NCBI RefSeq assembly: GCF_036971445.1
Contig: NC_091476.1
Location: 33,232,001 to 33,296,000 of the forward strand
DNA from: Narcine bancroftii
Lineage: Eukaryota
DNA length: 64,000 bases
Direction of reading: 5' to 3'
Program-made: the position numbers and the translations under genes
Part shown: in pieces, positions 26,581 through 38,349 of the stretch
How positions within the stretch are numbered: the stretch's first letter is position 1
Layout: each line of letters begins with the position of its first letter
Notes under the pieces: generated by a model
What the model was told of the DNA's origin: nothing
The model's input: the letters and a program-made list of their open reading frames with translations, nothing else
Database searches by the model: none

Positions 26581-27449
26581 TTTTCAGAATAGAAGCAAGG
26601 TTTCTTTCAGGCCACAGGGCATTATAAAGTTTCACCTTTTCTTCAAAGCAATTTCTCAATGATCTGTGGAATTGCTTATCTCAGAACATCTTATAATTCT
26701 TTAAGGTCCAAAACCAATTATGCTAATCGATGCAAGTATTCCTTGAGCTGACCTTTTTAGCTACGTTGCTAAAATGTAATAACATCAGTAAGAATTAGTC
26801 ACGTAAAATTTAGGATTAGTCACGTTCGACTCTCATGATTAGTTAATCGATATGTTTGAGTGTCCATTCTCCGAATATTATTTGTTTTTCCGTGTAATTT
26901 AGTTACAATATTTCCAAAACTGTTGTGCAATTTCACTTAATAAATGTTTTGGTCTAACAACTTCTTACATGCACCTTGCTAGTTTACATCAAAATGAGTT
27001 CATCTTGTCAAAATTATGGCACTGAAATGAGACAACACTTTTTCACCTGCTCCCAGCAGATCTTCTCCTTGAACTTGAGAATTTAAATCAACTCTCAGGG
27101 CAGGAATCCCATGGTATTGAGTAGAATTCAGTTTGTACACCTTTCCATTGCACTTCAGTGTTCAAAACAGAACATGAAAACAATCTGAAATCCAAGGAGA
27201 AGTGAAGTATGAAGGTTGCTTCTACAGGCTACATATAGTGAACTAAGAGTGGAAGCAATCACCAAATTGCCCGTTTAAAAATGTTGAAGAGCTGAGATCA
27301 TTTTCACTGATGGAGCAGTATTACATTTGTGGATGCACTGTTGTATTAGATTTTAAATAAGCAAAGAGAAATGGAAATGGATCACAAACAATATATGATG
27401 AATACAAGAAAGGATTTGTGTGAATTCTCTTTTTCCAATTATGATACTG

Positions 27450-28064
27450 TGCATAGGTTTAAATTGTCCATATTTCAGAAGATGTCATCAAGAGCCAGGT
27501 CATCGAGGTGACCATAAAGAAGGTATGACTTGACTTTCTCAGGAGTCAGAGGAGATTTACCATGTTTTCAAGCAATCTATCAAACTTTTACAGGTGCACT
27601 GTGGAAAGTGCTAGTTATATCATATTCTGGCTTAGGAACACAAATGTCCTGGAACGTAGAAGGTTCCAGAAGGTAGAAAACATAGCCAAGTCGATCATAG
27701 ACTCTGACTTCTCATCCATTGAATACATCCATGTGAGTCACTGCCTTCTTAAGGCAGTCAAAATCACTCTAGTCACTGCTACCTTTGGACAGGAAGTATA
27801 GAAGCATCTCTGATGCCAAGAACAGTTTCTTTTCTACAGCTATCAAATTCATGAACCTCCCCATGACACATTAATCATGGACTGCTCCAACACCATAAAA
27901 GTATGCACAATTTCAGTTTTTTTTGCATCAGGAAAATTGTGAATATTATCCATTTTTTGTATTTATTGTCTTATAATTACATATTTTCAGTCGTTTTTTT
28001 TTTACAACTGACCTGTTCAGATGCAGTAAAAAAGAATGTTGATGAATGTATCATGTATATGATG
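27450..28064 (+). mobile_element. Rex-Babar LINE 3' fragment (Gypsy insertion target)
   Basis: LSNFYRCTVES, RRRFQKVENIAKSII; the tail resumes at 32587-32780. Confidence 0.7.
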
Positions 28065-28303
28065 TGTGATAGTACAGATTCTATCACCAATGTGTACATG
28101 TACATATGTACAGATGGTAGTGTAGGATGACTGTGATTGGCTGAGAGCGTAGCCACACCAACTGGCAGGTCTTAAAGGATTGCTCCTAGCCAGACCAGGT
28201 CATTCTGGACTGGTCGACCTACTTGTGATATGCTCCAGTCTTTTAGTTAATAAAAGCCTTGGTTTGGATCAACAAGTTTTTAGTTCTTTCGACGTGCATT
28301 ACA
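28065..28303 (+). repeat. 5' LTR (239 bp)
   Basis: TGTGAT...ATTACA, AATAAA at 28249; the first 82 bp recur at 32505. Confidence 0.9.
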
Positions 28304-28304
28304 A

Positions 28305-28319
28305 TTTTATTAACTAAAA
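28305..28319 (+). promoter_or_regulatory. Self-complementary primer-binding site candidate
   Basis: TTTTATTAACTAAAA is the exact reverse complement of LTR positions 28241-28255; there is no TGG-type tRNA PBS. Confidence 0.75.
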
Positions 28320-28334
28320 ATAAATTTTGAAGGG

Positions 28335-31300
28335 ATGGAGCGTTTGCTATGGCTAGAACGCCTCGACATTGACACACAGTCAGCTACAGCCTCGAATGAC
28401 TTTAAGCACTGGGTGAGGTGGTTCGAAACATTCTTAAACATTCTCTGATCCTGCCGTGTTAGAGGACAGCCATCGACTACTAATATTGATGACTATGGTG
28501 TCCCTGAGAGTCTACCAGAGTGTCCAGGATGCAACCACTTACGCTGCAGCCATGAAGTTGCTGAAAGGGCTCTACGAGCGACCAGTGAACAGGGTCTGTG
28601 CTCGGTACAAACTTGCTACAAGGAGGCAACAGCCCAGTGAGTCCTGTAAAGCTTATATTCAGGCACTAAGGGCAATGGGCAGGGACTGTGCCTGCACAGA
28701 GAGAACTGCTTCAGAGTCCACAGATGATCTCATTCGGGATGCCTAGGTGGCCAGGGTTCGATCGAATGAGGTGAGGCAGCGCCTGCTAGAGCACGGGGGA
28801 GAAAATCTAGAGGACGTGATCCGGATCGCAGAGACGATGGAGGCTGCGGTCTTAAGTATGGACATGTACTCTCGGGGCTGGACCACACACTCTGATGTGA
28901 GTAGGATGCCCTCCCTCTACCCTACTACTGCCGCTACGCTGCCCGATGCAACCCCAAAGTGTTATTTCTGCAGGAGGAGCAAGCACAGCAGGTCCCAGTG
29001 TCTGGAGAGAAAAGCCAAGTGCCAGAAGTGCCTTAAAAACAGCCACTTTGCTGCAGTCTGTCGTTCCAAACTGGCCACTCTCAAATACAGTGCCTCGTGT
29101 GAAGCCCATTCGCCACTCTCCATTTCAAACACTTCTTCCTCAGAGCTCTCTTCCAATGAGAGCGAGGCCTCCACCGCGCGGCAGTGCCTGATGTCACGGG
29201 GCAGACACCGAGCGCGCAAGGTACAACCCACCCTCGCCGCAATGACATTCACCCTAACGTCCAACCAGGCCCCAGCCCTGATCTCAATGCCAGCAGCCGC
29301 CACTGACCAGGGACCCACCACCGCCGTCGACCAGGGACCCATCGCTGCCAACCAGAGACCCGCTGCTGTCAACCAGGGACCCGCCACCACTGCCGACAAG
29401 GGACCTGCCGCCGCTGCCGACCGGGGACATGCCGACACTGCCAACCCGGTACCTGCTGACACTGCCATCCGGGGACCCGGCACCGCTGACCACCCCACCA
29501 CCGACGACAAGCAGTGACCCCCAACTCTTATCTTTGGCTTCAGGCAGCAACACCATCTCCCGACACTGTTTTTCCAGGCCCCACTGTTTGCGTGACGTCA
29601 TCACACACACGTTGCGTGACGTCATCAAGTAGGTCTCCACTGTCTACATTACAAGTCTCTGCATCAATAACCCCTGACCAGGACTTCCCCCAGCCTCTCA
29701 CAAAAGCAATGGAACTGATTAAAGTGCATAGTCACTATACCACTTGCTTATTTGACTCTGGGTCAACTGAGAGTTTTATCCGCCCAGACCTGGCCCACCA
29801 TTGCAGACTAGCTATTCTCCCCATTACACAGAGAATTTCATTGGCGAGCAGATCACATTCTACTGGGGTAAAGGGGTGCTGCGTGGCGACCCTGAAAGTC
29901 CAGGGCATCATGTTCACAGACTTCAAACTATTAGTTCTTCCCCAGTTGTGCGCCCCTGCTCTGCTGGGACTGGATTTTCAGTGCCAATTTCAAACCATTT
30001 CCCTGCACTTTGGGGGGCCTCACGCTCCACTCTCTGTCTGTAACCACTCCACCCCGGGAACCTCCTGCCAGCAGCAGCCCGAGCCACCCGCCCCCACGCC
30101 CTGGGGCCTCACCTGTAGTCTCTCTACCCTCCCAGTTGCTCTGCCAGCACTTTTTGCAAATCTCACCCCTGGCTGGAAGCCTGTGGCCGCCAAAAGCCGG
30201 CAATATAGTTCTGAACACAGGAAATTTATCACAAATGAGGTGCGCAGACTGCTGGATGAGGGCATTATCGAACCTAGCTTGAGTCCATGGAGGGCCCAGG
30301 TAGTAGTTGTTACAAACGGGGAGGAACCGCGGATGGTGGTTGACTACAGCCAGACAATCAACCGCTTCACACTTCTGGATGTGTACCTCCTTCCACGGAT
30401 CATGAATGTGGTGAATCAGATCACCCAATACTGTGTATTTTCCACCATTGACTTATGTTCGGCCTATCATCAGCTCCCGATCTGCCGAGAAGACTGACCT
30501 TTCACGGCCTTCGAGGCGAATAGGCAGCTGTATCAATTCCTCAGGGGTCACAAATGGTGTTGCGGTCTTCCAGCAGGAAATGGACCAGATGGTGGACCAG
30601 AACGGGCTGACTGCTATTTTCCCGTATCTGGACAATGTCACCATCTCCGGCCATTTCACGGAGGATCATGATGCCAACCTTGAGAAATTTTTTCAGACTG
30701 CACTTGTCTTCTGGACCACTCGGCTCGCAATTCTGGGCTGTGTGGTGGAGAACGGGGTGGTCATGCCGGACCCTGACTGCATGCGAAGGCACTCAAACGC
30801 AGCCTGGGTTTTTTCTCTTACTATGCCCAATGAGTTCCACACTTTGACGACAAGGCATGGCCACTCATCAAGACTACCTCCTTCCCCCTGTCAACCAAAG
30901 CCAAAGCGGCCTTCGACCACATCAAATCGGACATTACTGCTGCAATGCTGCACGCCATCGACATGTCCATTCCGTTCCAAGTCGAAAGCGATACGTTTGA
31001 CTTTGCACTGGTTGCCACTTTGAACCAGGCCGGTCGGCTGGTAGCCTTCTTCTCCAGAACCCTCCAGGGTCCTGACAGCCGACACTCCTCTGTCGAGAAG
31101 GAGGCCCAGGCCATAGTCGAGGCAGTACGTCATTGGAGACACTACCTCACTGGCAGGTGCTTTACACTGCTCACCGACCAATGCGCGGTCTCCTTCATGT
31201 TTAGCAATTCCCAGCGAGGTAAGATCAAGTATGACAAAATCACCAGGTGGAGAATCGAGCTCTCCACCTTTAATTATGACATACTGTATCGGCCAGGTAA

Positions 31301-32463
31301 ACTCAATGACCTGCCAGATGTGCTCTCCAGGGGGACTTGTGCCAACATGCAACTGGACAGGCTACAGAAACTCCACAAGGAGCTCTGTCATCCTGGGGTC
31401 ACTAGGTTCGCGTACTTTGTCAAATCTCGCAACCTGCCTGACACAGTTGAGGAGATTCACTCCATGACCTGGGCCTGCCCAGTGTGCACTGAGTGCAAGC
31501 CCCACTTCTTCCGTCCGGAGAACACCCACACCATCAAAGCCACCCGCCCCTTTGAGCATCTCAGCGTAGACTTCAAGGGTCCCCTACCGTCGACCAACCA
31601 TAACACCTACATCATAACGGCCATCAACGAGTACTCCCGCTTCCTGTTCGCTGTGCCCTGCTCGGGCATGACTGCCTCCTCAGTCATAGATGCACAGCAT
31701 CTTTGCCATCTTTGGGTATCCCAGTTACATCCACAGTGACAGAGGGTCCTCGTTTATGAGCGCGGAGCTGCGTCAGTACCTTCTGGAGCGTGGTATTGCT
31801 TCAAGCAGGACCACCAGCAATAACCCATGGGGTGATGGGCAAGTCGAAAGAGAGAATGCCACCTTCTGGAAAGCGGTTACGCTTGCCCTCCGATCCAAAG
31901 GTCTCCCCACCTCTTGCTGGCAGGATGTGCTCACTAGTGCCCTACACTCCATCCGCTCCCTCCTATGCACCGCAACCAATGCCACCCTTCGTGAAAGGAT
32001 GTTCTCTTTCCCAAGGAAATCTGAGTCGAGTACGACCATACCGGCATGGCTCACAGTTCCCAGTCCAGTCCTTTTACGACGCCACGTCCGGTACTCTAAG
32101 AATGACCCCTTGGTTGACCGAGTGACTCTGCTCCATGTGAACCCGCATTATGCCTACGTTGAGTACCCAGATGGACGGGAGGATACAGTCTCGGTAAGGG
32201 TCCTAGCCCAAGCTGGATCAGATGCAGCAGTGCCTTTAACCCAACCTCCCCCTATTCCTTCTCCCCCAGGTCATGTGCTTGAACAGATGGACCAGCAACA
32301 CCTCACCAGCTCAGGCCAGACTGTCGACAACGGCATTGGGAAATTGAGCAAAGCAGTGGCCACACCATACAGGCCTGCCGGCGACACGACTCTGGCGACC
32401 CCAATCCCGGCGCCATGACGGTCATGCCGAATGGTCAGACCCCCTGACCGGTACAGCCCCTAA
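28335..32463 (+). pseudogene. Gypsy gag-pol polyprotein, disrupted
   Basis: Gag LATRRQQPSES and CYFCRRSKHSRSQC/CQKCLKNSHFAAVC knuckles; PR LFDSGS; RT PWRAQ, VVDYSQTIN, YLDNV; RH SSVEKEAQAIVEA; IN LHKELCHPG..CPVC, VDFKGPLP, HSDRG, GQVERENA. Confidence 0.93.
29290..29515 (+). repeat. Coding minisatellite (21-24 nt units) in the gag C-terminus
   Basis: GCCGCCACTGACCAGGGACCC-like units encode AAATDQGP/TAVDQGP/AAVNQGP repeats. Confidence 0.85.
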
Positions 32464-32490
32464 CCTCCATTCACCCTGGGGTCGGTTCTC

Positions 32491-32504
32491 AAAGAAGGGG
32501 TGAA
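32491..32504 (+). promoter_or_regulatory. Polypurine tract
   Basis: AAAGAAGGGGTGAA lies directly before the 3' LTR. Confidence 0.85.
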
Positions 32505-32586
32505 TGTGATAGTACAGATTCTATCACCAATGTGTATATGTACAGATGTACAGATGGTAATGTAGGATGACTGTGATTGGCTGAGA
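32505..32586 (+). repeat. Truncated 3' LTR
   Basis: Matches 28065-28146 with 3 substitutions in 82 bp, then stops abruptly. Confidence 0.9.
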
Positions 32587-32760
32587 CACCATAAAAGGAT
32601 GCACAATTTCAAAGTTTTTTTTGCATCAGGAAAATTATGAATATTATCATTTTTTTGTATTTATTGTCTTATAATTACACATTTGCAGTCGTTTTTTTTA
32701 ACAAATGACCTGTTCAAATGCAGTAAAAAAGAATGTTGATGCATGCACCATGTCTGTGAT
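32587..32760 (+). repeat. About 170-bp direct duplicate of the left flank 27891-28064
   Basis: CACCATAAAAG.ATGCACAATTTC...AAAAAAGAATGTTGATG is present on both sides of the Gypsy. Confidence 0.92.
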
Positions 32761-33469
32761 AATAAACCCACTATCATTATTAATCATGATCAAATTGTTA
32801 TGGAATAATTGCAATCATGGTCTCTTACCATTCAATCGATGGGCCGAATGGCCAGACTCAGCTCCCTGTCTCATGATCTTAATCACAAAGGGTGTGCAAT
32901 CACATACAAATTGAGAAAGCAAGGAGTTAAAATAGTGTTTGGAATCAAGAAATTCCATCAAATTTTATGAGGCAAATTGGTTACCCTAATCACAGATCAC
33001 ACACAGTATTTGGTCCCAACGTATCAATACCGACGATGACTGCGTCAAGGATGCAAAGACAGGCAATAATTCATGGTGGGGACACACACATAACTGAGGA
33101 CACAAGTTCTATACAGTACATAATTGTGGATGTTCTTCCTCTGTTACAAAAGAAATCCAATGCTGGGAGCGAAAACAGATCGACACATTAAATGAGTTCA
33201 CTGACTTTCCTAAAATTGTTTCTAAAATCATTGATGAGATTTAGAAGTAGCCCATGAGAGCAAATTTCTTAGTGAAATTTCCTACTGAAGACATATTCAG
33301 ATCATAATCCTTGATTTTCAGTACTGATTGGACAATAACATTGATTCAATGATGAGTACTTGCAGTACTTACATCTCTCAGTATTTATGCTCTTAAGTTT
33401 TTGACATTTTTACCACAGGAAAAATTTCTTAAAGTTCTGAAAGGAAAGTTATTCCTCCCATCATTTTGT

Positions 33470-33700
33470 AAATTTTTATCACGTCTCCTCTCAGTCTCTG
33501 AAAATTCCTGAGAAAATAACTTAAGTTAATCCAATCTTTCTTTGTCAGTTATACCTTCCCATCCAGGCGGCAGCCTGGTGAATCTTTTCTGCATCCTTTC
33601 CAAAGCTACACATCCTTTCTGTGAAGAAATATATACAGAACTCCAAGTGCAGCCTAACCAAGGATATATATATAAATGCAATGTGACTTCCTGAATCTTG
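33470..33700 (-). mobile_element. Old CR1 fragment
   Basis: SLVRLHLEFC motif on the minus strand. Confidence 0.65.
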
Positions 33701-33729
33701 CTCCCCTGATCTAGGAGTGAGATTCACTT

Positions 33730-36400
33730 AACTGAATGGTGCATCAACATGGCCTCGCACTCAATGTCACCAAAACCAAGGAGCTGATAGTTGCCTTCAG
33801 GAAGCGAAAACCAGAGGTATACAATTCAGTGATCATTGGGGTATCAGAAGTGGAGAGGGTGAGCAAATTTAAGTTCTTGTCCAGACCCAGCATACTAATG
33901 GCTTTGTGAAAAAAGTGTATCAGCTCCTCTACTCACAGGTGTGTTGAGGAGACCTTGGCAAATCAGAAACTTTGGCAAATTTCGACAGATGTATGATGGA
34001 AAGTGTGCTGACCAGCTGCACCATAGTCTGTTATAGGGACACTAATACCCCTGAGAAGAAAACCCTGCAAAAGGTAATGGAAACAACCCAGAATATCAAA
34101 ACCTTCCCTACCATTGAGCACATCTACAGGGAACACTGCCTTTGGAGAGCAGCAGCAGTCATCAAAGACCCATACCATCCAGCACATGGTCTGTTCTTGC
34201 TGCTGCCATTAAGAAAAGGTATAGAGGACACAAAACTCACTCCACCATGTCCAGGAACAGTCATTACCCCTCCACCATTAGAATCCTCAACAGTAAACTA
34301 AATTCTTTGGCTTGGCTTCGCGGACGAAGATTTATGGAGGGGGTAAAAAGTCCACGTCAGCTGCAGGCTCGTTTGTGGCTGACAAGTCCGATGCGGGACA
34401 GGCAGACACGATTGCAGCGGTTGCAGGGGAAAATTGGTGGGTTGGGGTTGGGTGTTGGGTTTTTCCTCCTTTGCCTTTTGTCAGTGAGGTAGGCTCTGCG
34501 GTCTTCTTCAAAGGAGGTTGCTGCCCGCCAAACTGTGAGGCGCCAAGATGCACGGTTTGAGGCGATATCAGCCCACTGGCGGTGGTCAATGTGGCAGGCA
34601 CCAAGAGATTTCTTTAGGCAGTCCTTGTACCTTTTCTTTGGTGCACCTCTGTCACGGTGGCCAGTGGAGAGCTCGCCATATAACACGATCTTGGGAAGGC
34701 GATGGTCCTCCATTCTGGAGACGTGACCCATCCAGCGCAGCTGGATCTTCAGCAGCGTGGACTCGATGCTGTCGACCTCTGCCATCTCGAGTACTTCGAC
34801 GTTAGGGATGTAAGCGCTCCAATGGATGTTGAGGATGGAGCGGAGACAACGCTGGTGGAAGCGTTCTAGGAGCCGTAGGTGGTGCCGGTAGAGGACCCAT
34901 GATTCGGAGCCGAACAGGAGTGTGGGTATGACAACGGCTCTGTATACGCTTATCTTTGTGAGGTTTTTCAGTTGGTTGTTTTTCCAGACTCTTTTGTGTA
35001 GTCTTCCAAAGGCGCTATTTGCCTTGGCGAGTCTGTTGTCTATCTCATTGTCGATCCTTGCATCTGATGAAATGGTGCAGACGAGATAGGTAAACTGGTT
35101 GACCGTTTTGAGTTTTGTGTGCCCGATGGAGATGTGGGGGGTCTGGTAATCATGGTGGGGAGCTGGCTGATGGAGGACCTCAGTTTTCTTCAGGCTGACT
35201 TCCAGGCCAAACATTTTGGCAGTTTCCGCAAAGCAGGACGTCAAGCGCTGAAGAGCTGGCTCTGAATGGGCAACTAAAGCGGCATCGTCTGCAAAGAGTA
35301 GTTCACGCACACGTTTCTCTTGTGTCTTGGTGTGAGCTTGCAGGCGCCTCAGATTGAAGAGACTGCCATCCGTGCGGTACCGGATGTAAACAGCGTCTTC
35401 ATTGTTGGGGTCTTTCATGGCTTGGTTCAGCATCATGCTGAAGAAGATTGAAAAGAGGGTTGGTGCCAGAACACAGCCTTGCTTCACGCCATTGTTAATG
35501 GAGAAGGGTTCAAGGTTTTATCGGTTTTTACTTTTTTTTCAAATAATCCATCTTTGCTATGCCTTTTCTCTTGTAAACCCAAATAGCTCAACAGTTATTT
35601 GGAGAAAAATCAGTGGCCAAATGTGTTTTTTTTTAAATCCTGAGGGTGGGAAAAGTAAGATTTTTTTGTTGGGACCAAGGTAAACTGCCTCAGGATCTTC
35701 GTGATGCCACCATCATCACCCTGTACAAAAACAAAGGCGAGAAATCAGACTGCTCAAACTACAGGGGAATCACGTTGCTCTCCATTGCAGGCAAAATCTT
35801 CGCTAGGATTCTACTAAATAGAATAATACCTAGTGTCGCCGAGAATATTCTCCCAGAATCACAGTGCGGCTTTCGCGCAAACAGAGGAACTACTGACATG
35901 GTCTTTGCCCTCAGACAGCTCCAAGAAAAATGCAGAGAACAAAACAAAGGACTCTACATCACCTTTGTTGACCTCACCAAAGCCTTCGACACCGTGAGCA
36001 GGAAAGGGCTTTGGCAAATACTAGAGCGCATCGGATGTCCCCCAAAGTTCCTCAACATGATTATCCAACTGCACGAAAACCAACAAGGTCGGGTCAGATA
36101 CAGCAATGAGCTCTCTGAACCCTTCTCCATTAACAATGGCGTGAAGCAAGGCTGTGTTCTGGCACCAACCCTAAACTAAATTAGGGACTCGTTTAAGGAC
36201 TTATTTATGCACTTTATTTGCTTTGTTTTCCTCTCTATATTGCAAAGTTTGTTTGTATTTCTTTATTTGCTTATCAGTGTACATTGTGTACAGTTTTAAA
36301 TTTCCCGACCCTTAAGTGCTAATTCTGTATTGCCCACAGGAAGAAAAGAACCTCAGGGTGGTATGTGATGTCATCTAAGTACTCTGACAATAAATCTGAA
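33730..36400 (+). mobile_element. Rex-Babar LINE interrupted by an RTE insertion (34305-36171)
   Basis: KTKELIVAFRK, NFDRCMMESVLTSC, IKDPYHPAHGLFLLLP; the 3' UTR resumes at 36183 and ends GACAATAAATCTGAAATC. Confidence 0.8.
34305..36171 (-). mobile_element. Young RTE-clade LINE copy 1, 5'-inverted, with captured local DNA
   Basis: Uninterrupted ORF 34357-35487 (QGCVLAP, LFADD, C-terminal CNRC..H..C), a 157-bp insert, and an inverted segment at 35665-36171. TSD TAAACTAAATT at 34294-34304 and 36172-36182. Confidence 0.95.
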
Positions 36401-37344
36401 ATCACTCTGATTAATGAAGGCAAAAACGCCATATATCTTTTTTTGGCATCCTTTCTACTTATGTTGTCACTTTCAATGAACTGTGGGCTTACCCCCCAAA
36501 TAGATCAAATGATTACTGCTGGAACTGGACTGCCTGAACAGTCAGTTATCCAGTCATGAAGGTTTGTCTGAATTCGATCTAGTACAGACTGCAGACTTCA
36601 TGACATGAAATGTAAAACCAAGTGTCTCTGACGAAGAGTTCAAATCTACAAATAAGTCATTTAAATTATCTTCAACACCAAAACCTGTTGAAGATCAAGA
36701 AAATTCCAAAATTGTTTGTTTGTCACGTCTGCTTCAAAAATTAAAGGCAAGCAATGTAGTCAATCTTTCAGCAGAACTGCATGGCTCTTACTTTATTTTA
36801 TTTTATTCTCATGTATTATTTATAGTGATCGTCATCTCAAAAAGGTCATGTCCTCAGCTGGCTTTGCAATCAAATGACATTGGTACAGACATTAAATCTA
36901 CACCAAGAACTCAGATGCTCAACTTGAAAATACTTTGTCTGTGACTTTGCAAATAAACCTCACCTCTTTGGATATAAATGCTCCATCTTTATGTCTCCAT
37001 AAAGACATTACAAATTGCATTTTTTCAGCTTTAACTGGGCATCTGGGAGCCATGATTAACCATGAATGTCAGTGATATTTCCTGTTTCTAGATCATCAAC
37101 AAAGGTACAATCCCTTTGGAGTAGAGATCATTTAGCCAGGTTCTATTTATACTTAACCAGATGCTTGCCAATTTTAATATTGTTTCAAAATCTTACTTTT
37201 CCCACCCTCAGGATTTAAAAAAAAACACATTTGGCCACTGATTTTTCTCCAAATAACTGTTGAGCTATTTGGGTTTACAAGAGAAAAGGCATAGCAAAGA
37301 TGGATTATTTGAAAAAAAAGTAAAAACCGATAAAACCTTGAACT

Positions 37345-37465
37345 TTGGAGTGAAATGTTGGTTCTTTACTTTTGCTCCATGAAGGACGCTGTTTGACCCG
37401 CTGAGCTTCTCCAGCATTTTGTGTTTTTACTTCATCCACAGTATCTATGGAATTTTGTGATTTAA
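37345..37465 (+). mobile_element. Penelope-like terminal repeat remnant
   Basis: GAAATGTTGG...TTTGCTCCATGAAGGACGCTGTTTGACCCGCTGAGCTTCTCCAGCATTTTGTGTTTTTAC is shared with 58130-58215 and 61555-62000. Confidence 0.7.
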
Positions 37466-38349
37466 TTTGGATTATAACATTCACTCTAATAATAGGACAA
37501 TAAATGCCAGGTTTAGCACCATCACCCCTCATCTTGATTTTTCTCTGATTCATAGATATAGCAATGAGAACATTGATGGATCTCCCACCTTCTGGAGATT
37601 CCTTATCTATGGCCCTCTTTTAGAGTCATGCAACATTGAACAGGTCTATCAGGCCAACCTGTCCATGATGTCTAATCTGTCTTTCTGAGCTGATCCCAAT
37701 TGCCTGCACTTGCTCCATATTCTTCTAATTAATTCCTGTCCAGGTATCTTTTGAACATTGGTTATGATGCAAAGGGGACTGATTGCTATATAATTTACTT
37801 TGTTCATTTATTCCAAAGCATTCCAAGAGATTTTGTACTCAAACCAAATCTTAATGGAAAACGATTACATTTTCTTTATCACTTGGTCACAAATTAGCAT
37901 CCAACCCATCAGCAGGAGTGGAGAAAAAAATAAATGTCAGCGCCACAATATGAACTAAGAGCCTCAGACAATTAAGCCACATTGCCTTTATGTTTTACAC
38001 AGATCCCTTTAGTATGGTGAAAGATTTTGAACTACTGTATCTTATTTGAATATTTGTGCCTCCGAAAGCAAGAAGCTGATTCAACAGATCTAAGTTGTAA
38101 TTATTTGTTTTGTCCACTTGCATTTCAACATGCTTAAAGGGTATCACAGTTTAAACAAAACTTCAGATCTTTGAATAATTAAGTATTTTCATGCATGATG
38201 CTTCATCTAACGCATCCTTTATGTATGTTAACTTGTACTCAGTTTCCTTATGAGATTTGGAATGTTGTTCCATTTGAATGAACCAGATTTGTGGTGCAAA
38301 CACTTTTCAAACTGTATTTGACATGACTGTCACAGAGTCATGGAATTAT

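Larger units (their letters stand above)
28065..32586 (+). mobile_element. Ty3/Gypsy LTR retrotransposon, decayed, 3' LTR truncated
   Basis: 5' LTR TG...CA, gag-PR-RT-RH-IN order, polypurine tract, and an 82-bp 3' LTR remnant. Confidence 0.95.

Noticed and set aside
29290-29515. CRISPR-like array
   Set aside because: No unique spacers; it is a coding minisatellite in eukaryotic DNA.
29505-29520. Programmed gag-pol frameshift
   Set aside because: No slippery heptamer is seen and the element has many other indels, so decay explains it.
28335-32463. Endogenous retrovirus or domesticated gag gene
   Set aside because: No env, Gypsy-type motifs, and multiple stops and frameshifts.
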